Assembly (NCBI RefSeq): GCF_006345805.1
Contig: NC_043006.1
Span: 23,312,001 to 23,376,000 of the forward strand
Origin: Octopus sinensis
Lineage: Eukaryota
Direction: 5' to 3'
Length of the DNA stretch: 64,000 nucleotides
Below, in pieces: positions 55,127-64,000 of the stretch. The notes below the pieces were generated by a model, which ran no database searches, had not been told where the DNA came from, and worked only from the letters and a program-made list of their open reading frames with translations. A program made the translations under genes and the position numbers. Positions within the stretch are counted from its first letter, which is position 1. Each line of letters opens with the position of its first letter.

Positions 55127-55160
<34 letters not shown>

Positions 55161-55746
55161 ATGCATGTATATATACATGTAGAGGTAGGTAGTACATATA
55201 TGTATGTATATATGCATGTTTTATTTATTTATAAATTTATTATATATATATACAGTTATATGTATTTATCTATCTATACATTCATATATAATATATATAC
55301 TAACACATGTGTGTGTATGTACATACACACATATGCGCGCGCGTGTGTAGGTATTTCGGTGTGTGCGCGCGCGGTATTTTGACGTGGAACTGACGATATC
55401 TATGAAATACATCATAAATAATAGACTGGCGGTTACAGAAGGTTGTGTCAAGGACAACCTACAAACAACAGTGGTATATCAACAGATCTTCCTGTTAAAA
55501 TTTATAACATTCATTTAGAATGGCAGAAAAGGGGTTTCTCAGAACCGTCTTAATAGCATGGCTTCTGACAGAGGCACTTATCTGGAACCGCCGCCACTGA
55601 ACTGGAACCGGAGTTTTCAGTGCTAAACTAACCGTGGTTAATAAACTTTTTTTTATGGCGGAGCGGGAAAATGGGTTGGAATCAAGATCGGAAGATAAGA
55701 CTTGTAGATCAACATATGCCATACAAATTTCAAACACACATGCATA

Positions 55747-55781
<35 letters not shown>

Positions 55782-55883
55782 CACACACACACACACACAC
55801 AGATACACACACTTACATATATAAGCGCAGAAATATATGTGTAGAAACATATATATATATAAACATATATATGTTATATAGAT

Positions 55884-55914
<31 letters not shown>

Positions 55915-55973
55915 CATATATATATATATACATATATACATATACATATATATATATATACATATATACATAT

Positions 55974-56011
<38 letters not shown>

Positions 56012-56014
56012 TAT

Positions 56015-56046
<32 letters not shown>

Positions 56047-56155
56047 ACATATATATGTATATATGTATATATATATAATATATATATATATATTATATAT
56101 ATATATATGTATATGTATATATATGTATGTATATATATATATATACATAAACGTA

Positions 56156-56235
<80 letters not shown>

Positions 56236-56595
56236 CGCGCACATACATAATCTATACTTTTATATACGTATTCTTTTATGCATGTGTGTGTGTGAGACAT
56301 ACATAAATTCATGAATCCATGCATGCGTGCGTACATATACACACATTTATATATATGTGTTCGAGTATGTATGTGTGTGTGTATGCGTGAGCATATGTTT
56401 GTATGTACATGTATGTGTGTGTTTGTATTTTTATATTTGTGTGCGCATTAGTCTACACAATAAGAAGGAAAGAAGTACTCAATAGGCAAAGTAAGAATAC
56501 ATATATTGGTAGCTGAAAAAATGTTCTTACTCCGCGTTTTGCCTTCGTCGATCTTCGGACGATTATCAAAAGAAGGGCATAACATTTTCTACATA

Positions 56596-56992
56596 TCTTT
56601 ATATATAAAAGAGAAGTTGTGTGTCTGTCTCCTACGATTTAAATTCCTAAGTACTCCCACATTTTGCGGTGCTGTTTAACCAAAACCGGGTATCTTATAG
56701 TCGTGATTCATATCGAGCCCTTCTGGGTATTAGCGCGCGTCTACGATGAGTCTACGAGTAAAAAAAAAATTTACCATAATTTTTTTCCATTTTAATGCAT
56801 TTTTTCGCTATTACATAAGGGAAGTAACTCTCTAAAAATGTCCACGATGAGTCAACGATTTAAAAAAAAAATTACCATCATTTTTTTTCCATTTTTAATG
56901 CATTTTTTTACTATTTTTTGGCTATAACTCTCTGAAAATGCTTTATAGTTATTTCCCTTACAAACCCGAGCAACGCCGGGCGATACTGCTAG
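56596..56992 (+). mobile_element. Complete non-autonomous Helitron (397 bp)
   Basis: A|TCTTTATATATAAAA 5' end, 3' hairpin CCCGAGCAACGCCGGG then CTAG|T. Inserted at an AT dinucleotide with no TSD. Contains an internal duplication of about 95 bp. Confidence 0.88.
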
Positions 56993-59041
56993 TTGAATAT
57001 AAATATAACAAAAACTTTGAATATTATAACGAGTATTGGTTGATTGACATTATTGATTAACTGCGTGAATGACGTTTGAAAATTAGGAAAACGCTTGACA
57101 GTTAGCATGGTAAGGTAAAGAAGAATTCTAAAGTCGTGTACAATATCATTGGGAATCGAATTTTACTTGAGGACTTCATTGCCGATGGAAGAAAACATAT
57201 CTGAGTCTGAGTGTAAATGAGTCTTGCTATTCTTGTTTATCAGATGTTATCTGACTGATATCAAATTCACATTCAAAGGCTATCTAGGCTCAACTGGATA
57301 CATCTGAAGCCTACTCTTATTTTCTCAATAACGCCTGGCTGCTGGGGGTGTTTGTCTCCCCTTCGTAAATGTATATAAGGACACAGGAAAAATGTGTCGA
57401 AGCCAGCAGGAAGCGTCGATGCTTCCTAGGGCTAAACAGCGGTGGTGTAACCCCCTACTGTCACGTTCACGTTAGATTGACAGTATACAACCATTCTATC
57501 AATATCACTATTTTCGTTAAAACTTCTACTGGATGTCAGGAAATTGTTTTGATATTTTAATTACTATGGAGGAAATTACTCTCCAGACCAGCCAAGTGGC
57601 AGTACTGCAAATGTATTGTAGTTTGCATGTGTGTATGTCTTTGAAATTTATGTCTCTGACAGAATCCAAGTTGCTGCTAACAAATTGACAATATTTATTT
57701 GAATGAAGACAGCTCTAAAAATTTCGAAAACCCCAATATTTTCAGGGTTTTTATTACAAATCTGTTGTTACACAACCCATGCACCTTACAATAAGTACGA
57801 ATGAGAATCTACATCCAGGATACAAGACCTGTAAGTTCTGCATTAATTTACTATAGATATTCGCTTTTTCAACAAATTTTGACGAGACTTTCACATCGGC
57901 AAACATAATTTTGTTGTCTTGATCTTCAGATGGATATCATTTGAAGAGAAGTGGCGGGCTGTAATTGGTACATGAAATCTAAGATTTAAATTCGATTTCT
58001 AAGAGTAACTCTTCGAAATACCTCACCAATCTTCATGATAGTTCGTTCAATTGCTACAACTATATAATACGCTTTGGTCTGCGTTTCAATTTTATAGCAA
58101 ATTTGCCTACCTTTTGTTGAGGCTTTAGTAATTGTAATAAATCAGTCAAAAGCTGAATAATTCTCTTCTGCTCCACTTATTATTGCCTTCCGTAAAATGA
58201 TTGATCAGAAATACTTGGCAGAAATGTGCCATTCACCTTTCCACAAATCTCAAAGGGAAACTTTAATCAAATTTCGTAAACATTTCGTGATGCAGGCAGT
58301 GATATAGTAATGATAACAATGGCTTCAAATTTCGGCACAAGCTCGCAGTTTTACGGGGAGAGGGAAACCGATTGCATCAACCCCAGAGTTCAACAGGTAC
58401 TTTTTTTAAATACTTATTTTGATGACTCGAAAGGATGAAAAGCAAAGTCGATCTCCGTAGAATTTGAGCCCAAAACGTAAAGACGGACAAAATGCTGATC
58501 GGTATTTTGTCTGATACGCTAACAATTCTGCCAGCTCACCGCATTATCAATGATGATAATCTTTTCTACAGCAGACACAAGACCTGAAATTTTAGGGGAG
58601 GGGACAAATCGGACATTTGGCCGACGGATATTTGACCGAGCGGACATTTGGCCAAGCAGACATTTGGCCGACGAACAATTGGCCGAGCGAACATTTGGCC
58701 GAAGGACACTTGGCCGATCGGACATATGATCGACGGACATTTGGCCAAGCGGACACATGGATTAACGGACATTTGGCCGAATGATTTTTACTTCTAATTT
58801 GAAAAAAATAATAAATAAGATAAAACGATAAAATCATTGCATATAAATTTTTGGCAAATTTACTGAAGAATAAAAATATTAATTTAATGTAATCATTTTA
58901 TTCAAATTTTATTCAAACTATTTAGCTACGCCCAAACCAAACCAAAGTTATCTAGCTTGTGTAGACGATAATGCAGTCGCTATTCAGAAGTCGTAAGGCG
59001 TTGTGAAGTGACTGTTTTTCACACTTGTTTACATTATTCTA

Positions 59042-59181
59042 TAAGGTTGTCCCAAAAGTTCGTAGAAAGTCTTGGAAATAATGGTCTTTATTTTGAGGAA
59101 TAATTTTTGTTGTTTTTGTTAGTACTTGGCGAGTAAAAATTCAATTTTCGCAAGTGTTTACGAACTTTTGGGACAACCTAA
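59042..59181. mobile_element. 140-bp mariner MITE (MADE1-like ends) nested in the MULE
   Basis: TA|TAAGGTTGTCCCAAAAGTTCGTA...TACGAACTTTTGGGACAACCTAA|TA. Confidence 0.88.
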
Positions 59182-59319
59182 TAGTTATAGTTTATATTTC
59201 AGTTTACTTTGTGATCTGTGTGCAATTACCGGCGTTACCTGAAAGTTCTTTCTGTAAATAATGGTTACTTCTTCTGTGGTAGTAGTGTTGCCTAAGATGA
59301 ATATTTTGTTTTAAAGATC

Positions 59320-60594
59320 ATGGAAATAATACCAACGACAAGAGGAGGAAGAAAGCTTTTGCTTGACGGCTACGCATACATCGTTGACAAACGAAAAGGC
59401 ATTGTAACATATTTGTGATGCGAACGCAAAGGAAATTGTAGGGAGAGTAAAAAAAAACAAACAAGAGACGACGTTTTTCAAGAAGCAAGTAATCATTCAC
59501 ATCTCCCTAATGCTGGACGCAACCTGTCATTGAGAACAGTGCAGAAAATTAAAGAATGATCTAGACAGTCAGAAGAAGTGACATCGGCAATTGTAGAAAG
59601 CTGCGCCAGTTAATGCCCACTCGATGCCGCAGGTACTCTTCTTAAGACAACGCACGGCACCGGACAGGGATGTTTTAACTGAAGACTTACGGAAATCAAT
59701 GAGAGGAGAAGACTTTGTCATCCCCGAAAGTGATGACCCGCAAATTATATCAACGCCCCGGAGCTTACAGCTTCTTGTTTCCAAAGACAACTGGGTGTAT
59801 GATGGGACTTTTGATTCTGCGCCAGTTAGCTTTCAGCTATATACAATACATGTTATGTTGGCTAAGAGTAATACAATTCCTTTAGTATACTGCATCGCAA
59901 AGAACGAAAACCAAGCAACTCATGATTTGACTTTTAACACTCTCAAGCGAGACAAGATCTTAATCCAGTTTCAATTAGGATTGACTATGAAAGGACAGCT
60001 ATTAATAGCATAGCGGTGCATGTTTCTCAAACGCAAGCATTTATGGATGCTTCTTCCATTTCGCCCAGCGCATATGGAGACAATTATAGAGCTTAGGACT
60101 ACAGACTTGGTATAATAATCCAAGAAGTCTACTCATTGTCAAGTCTATTCAAGCTTTAGCATTTGTGTTGTCAGTGCCGTTGCTGAACGCTTCACCGAAT
60201 TTGTCGCATCACTAGATGAAGAAACTGATGGAATCCTATTTGAGTTTCTTTGCTACTGTGAAGAGAAGAGGAAGACCAGCGTTTACACTTAATGTGTGGA
60301 ACATATTAGAGAAGCACACAAGGCCTTCCACAGACAACAAACTCACTAGAAGGATGGTACAGAGGGTTTAATCAGATAATGGCAATCAGTCATCCCACCG
60401 TTTGCTGTCTGGTTTCAAAAATAAGAAGAGAGCCGTCTGATTAGGAGTTGATGTATGAGCAGGTAGCAGCAAACGTGGAATTGAGGAAACTGAAGAAGTG
60501 CCAGATCTTAGACGCAAGACTGAAGTCTATCATTGATAAATATTAGGAGTATACCAGGATTAATTTCTTAAGAGCAATTGTCCACAGTCTTTAA
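59320..60594 (+). pseudogene. MULE transposase pseudogene (FLYWCH-like zinc finger plus MULE DDE domain)
   Basis: MEIIPTTRGGRKLLLDGYAY..C.RKGNC..NHSH, WVYDGTFDSAPVSFQLYTIH..PLVYC, IDYERTAINSI, GCFFHFAQRIWR and TTNSLEGWYRGFN, with multiple stops and frameshifts. Confidence 0.9.
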
Positions 60595-61217
60595 ATTATT
60601 TTTTCCTTTTTATTTTTTTAAAATAATTACATTATAATTAAAATAAATACAATGTAATACATCTTATCGTTTACTAAATATAAAAACAATATGTGTGTGT
60701 GTGTGTGTGTGTGTGCGTGTGTGTGTGTGTGTGTGTGTTTGTATTATGCAAAGATGTTATTTTTATCCTTTTTATCCATTGTTGTTTATACCAAATTTTA
60801 ATAAAACAAATTTTAATAAAACAATTAAAATTAATATTTTTTATCCTTCAGTAAATTTGCCAAAAATTTATATGCAATGATTTTATCTTTTTATCCTATT
60901 TATCCCTTTTTTTCAAATTAGAAATAAAAATAAGCAATTAAAAATTTCATGTCTGGCGGTCAAATGTCCGTAGATCATATGTCCGTTCGGTCAAATGTCC
61001 ATCGGCCAATAGTCCGTAGGCCAAATGTACTGGAACCGTACTCGACTGGCACTTATTTTAGCAACCCCGAAAGGATGAAAGGTAAAGTCGACCTCCTCAG
61101 AACTTGAACTGAGAACGTAAAAGACGGACGAAATGTCGCGAAGCATTTTGCCCGGCGTACTAAGGATTCTGCCAACTCGCTGCCTTAATGATGATGATGA
61201 TGAGGATGAGGATGATG

Positions 61218-61271
<54 letters not shown>

Positions 61272-61274
<3 letters not shown>

Positions 61275-62060
61275 CTTGTCAGTTGCTTGACCGTAACCAG
61301 TTGAGCACGTCCCTTGATAGCTGAGGATATGTGAATCTCTGATCACGAGCAGAAGTAGTGGGAGAGCCATGTGTTGAGGGGAATGCGTTGGGGTTTGAAT
61401 AATTCACCTCTGGAAACATGGGTGTTTCGTTCATCATCCTTAGATAAACCTTATTCAGGGTCTTTTTGAGCAGGATGAGAAAATTCTAACTGGGCCCCAC
61501 CTGCAAGGTCATGCGCTGTTTATCTTAATATGAGATCACCACGTCGTGCACACATGGTTGTGATGCATATACCTTGTGTACCCTTGTCAGACGGGTAGTC
61601 ATGATGAACATATCCCAGAAAGAGTTACTGAGAATGAAGATACAGTGTCACCATCAGATTAAACATCGGAAACATGACATTGCTGTGGTGAGCAGAAAAG
61701 AAAAGACATGCCTGATAAGTGATATACAGTATTGAAGAGAAAGAAGAAAAAGTGAACAACTCAGATGAATTGAAGTGGGAAGTACGCAAATTATCGGCAA
61801 TGAAGAAAATGGACGTGATACCAATAGGGATTGGCGCGCTTGGAAGTATCAGCACCCAACCACCAACGTGGCTCAAAAAAGATTGGTATAAATGTAAAGA
61901 TAGAACACCTACAGAAACCAGCATTGCTTGGAACAGCAAGGGTTCTCCGCAGGGTTCTTGAAGCAGGACTATTAAACAAGTGTCACCTTAGTCTGTTGGA
62001 TGTGGGCTGCTGACACTTTCATCATACCTAACAAGATAAGCTGAGAGTTTTCATAACAAA
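61272..62060 (+). mobile_element. Internally deleted R4/Dong-type non-LTR element (restriction-like endonuclease C-terminus) abutting (TAA)n
   Basis: 61640-61970 reads IQCHHQIKHRKHDIAVVSRKEKTCLISDI..EEKEEKV...VIPIGIGALGSI..WLKK/IGI..KIEHLQKPALLGTARVLRRVLE, a PD..D-type endonuclease and typical R4-clade C-terminus. It starts immediately after (TAA)n at 61220-61272. The left boundary is inferred. Confidence 0.75.
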
Positions 62061-62286
62061 AAATAATAAAAGTTTCAAATTTTGCCACCAGGGCAGCAGT
62101 TTTGAGGGGAGGGGATGAGTCGATTACATCAAGCCCAATGTTCAACTGGTACTTATTTTATCGACCCCTAAATGAGGATAAAAGGCAAAGTCAACCTCTG
62201 CGGAGTTTGAGTTCAGAACGTAAAGACGGGCGAAATACCGGTAAGCCATTTGCTCGGAGCGCTAACGATTCTACTTGCTCGCCGCC

Positions 62287-62358
<72 letters not shown>

Positions 62359-62869
62359 TGGTTTCGAGTCGATTACATCAACCCCAGTGTTCAACTGGTA
62401 CTTATTTTATCGACCCCGATAGGATAATGGGTAAAGTCAACCTCGTGGAATTTGAACTCAGAACTCAGACAAAACACCGCTAAGCATTCTGCCTGGTGTG
62501 CTAACGATTCTGTAGAGTTGACCTCGGTGGTATTAGAACTAAGAACGGAAAGTCGGAAGAAATGTCGCTCAGCATTTTTTCCGGCGTAATAACTATTCTG
62601 CCAACTCGCTGGCTTACTTAATAATAATGATAATAATGGGTCTTTAGATAGCAAAAATGCTGTAGAAATTCTTGGATATGAAGGAGAGTTTGAGTAAATT
62701 TGGAAGCTCTGACAGTATTTATCCATGTATCAACACATGTATCTGTCTAGTTTTGTTTGTTTACGTGTGTACGTATGCACGTGAGTACGTGTATGTGTGT
62801 GTGTGTGTGTAAATCTGTGTGAGTATGTGCATGTTTATATGTGTTTGTATGTCGCAAAGTATATAAAAA

Positions 62870-62969
62870 NNNNNNNNNNNNNNNNNNNNNNNNNNNNNNN
62901 NNNNNNNNNNNNNNNNNNNNNNNNNNNNNNNNNNNNNNNNNNNNNNNNNNNNNNNNNNNNNNNNNNNNN
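62870..62969. other. Assembly gap (100 N)
   Basis: Run of exactly 100 N. Confidence 1.
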
Positions 62970-63144
62970 TTTTAATGGAAAATGGGTGTATGGAAAATTT
63001 TATTAATATATGTATATTTAAAAAATATATATATATTTTATTAATTTTTTCAGAATTTTCCATACACCCATTTTCATTAAAATTTTCCTTCAATTTAGCA
63101 TTCTGCCTTTTTAATTTATCGTTGCCTATATATATATATACAAT

Positions 63145-64000
63145 ATGAGACAAGGACTCAAAACATCTGGACAGTTAGGGGATACAAAAATGGGACATTT
63201 TTTTTAACATTGTCTATTTTATTCCGTCCTTGTTTTTGTATACATTCGCAGCTTTCTTCCAAGGAATCTAATGCTCTTAGGTTAGTTGTTCCTTGGGGCT
63301 GGCCAGATTGGAGCAATCTCAAGTATAATCAGCCGTCCAGATGTTTTGCATCTTGTCCTATTTTTTATTATATATATATATATATATAGCGGCGTACGTA
63401 CACTTTGGTCTCTTATTTATATGTATACATTTTTCTAAATCTTGTACGACTCTATTTCTGTTTGTCATCCCTTTCACGCTTATTCGTCCATTCCACTCTT
63501 CGTTCTTTCGTTTCCCCTCTCTCACATTTCTTTGCCTTCTCTTCTTGCTCACTTTCTCTCCGCTTTTCACTTCACAGTGTCCCTGTCATTTTTTCTCGCC
63601 CCTCCTTAATTCTTCTGTCCCTCTGATTCTACTTCTCTCTCTTCTCTTCCCACGTGACCGGCGTTCGGCTAAACATGTTCTTTCTTTCTTGGTCTGGCCG
63701 TTGTCCGGCAACATTGATATTCCTCGCTGTGTTTGTGAAACCCTCTATCCCTGCCGTAAGGTATCATTTCCACACACGCCAGCTTAATTTAATTCGTCCT
63801 TAGTCGAAAGACACCTGTTGTTATGTCCTGTTATTATTTTTTTTATTGTATTTGTGTAACATTGTCCGTTTTTTCCGTCCTTGTTTTTGTATATATTCGG
63901 TGCTTTCTTCCAAGGAATCTAATGCTCTTAGGTTAGTTGCTCCTTGGGGCTGACCAGATTGGAGAAATCTCAAGCATAATCAGCCGAAATTGTGAAGATA
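63145..64000. repeat. Direct repeat (about 63205-63335 vs 63857-63990) with a short inverted segment, Penelope pLTR-like arrangement
   Basis: About 130-bp direct repeat AACATTGTC..GCTTTCTTCCAAGGAATCTAATGCTCTTAGG..AATCAGCCG. Inverted pair ACAAGGACTCAAAACATCTGGAC (about 63149) and GTCCAGATGTTTTGCATCTTGT (about 63335). The Penelope assignment is inference only. Confidence 0.55.

Larger units (their letters stand above)
58604..61037 (+). mobile_element. Mutator-like (MULE) transposon with long tandem-repeat TIRs, inserted into a SINE
   Basis: Left arm: about 11 copies of a 15-16-bp GGACATTTGGCCGA unit plus an AT-rich block to about 58890. Right arm: the inverted AT-rich block (about 60820-60935) plus about 5 inverted units ending GGCCAAATGTACTGGAACC. 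SINE halves lie on both sides. Confidence 0.88.

Noticed and set aside
56525-56572. Hammerhead-like CCGAAGA..AAAACGCGGAGTA on the minus strand
   Set aside because: Both core boxes are mutated. At best it is a dead remnant and was not counted.
57875-57932. Additional hammerhead (minus strand CTGAAGA...GAAAGTCTCGTC)
   Set aside because: No pairable stem I and a poor stem II, so it is compatible with chance.
58604-58780. CRISPR-like or coding repeat (ORFs 58519-58837)
   Set aside because: The repeats are mirrored in inverted orientation at about 60955-61037 and are subterminal repeats of the MULE.

Overview
AT-rich, microsatellite-dense animal genomic DNA. The tRNA-headed SINE families and repeat landscape resemble octopus, which is my inference from recall and not a database result. 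There is a 100-N scaffold gap at 62870-62969. No intact protein-coding gene can be supported, and almost all ORFs in the supplied track are translated microsatellites. The window is a graveyard of mobile elements: Merlin/ISXO2, three Helitron coding remnants plus one complete non-autonomous Helitron, several mariner/Tc1/pogo derivatives, three hAT MITEs with 8-bp TSDs, a deleted Ty3/Gypsy fused to a Tigger, a foldback-type MULE, an RTE LINE, an R4/Dong-type LINE next to (TAA)n, and many modular SINEs. The most interesting signals are (i) four to six minimal type-I hammerhead-ribozyme-like motifs with different stem II sequences sitting next to microsatellites, (ii) a weakly supported spliced minus-strand transcript that could encode a 59-aa peptide and includes an AG|GTAAGT recursive-splice-like site, and (iii) nested insertions whose order can be read from their TSDs. 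The 1.37-kb tandem duplication at 40.3-43.0 kb looks like a possible assembly artefact.
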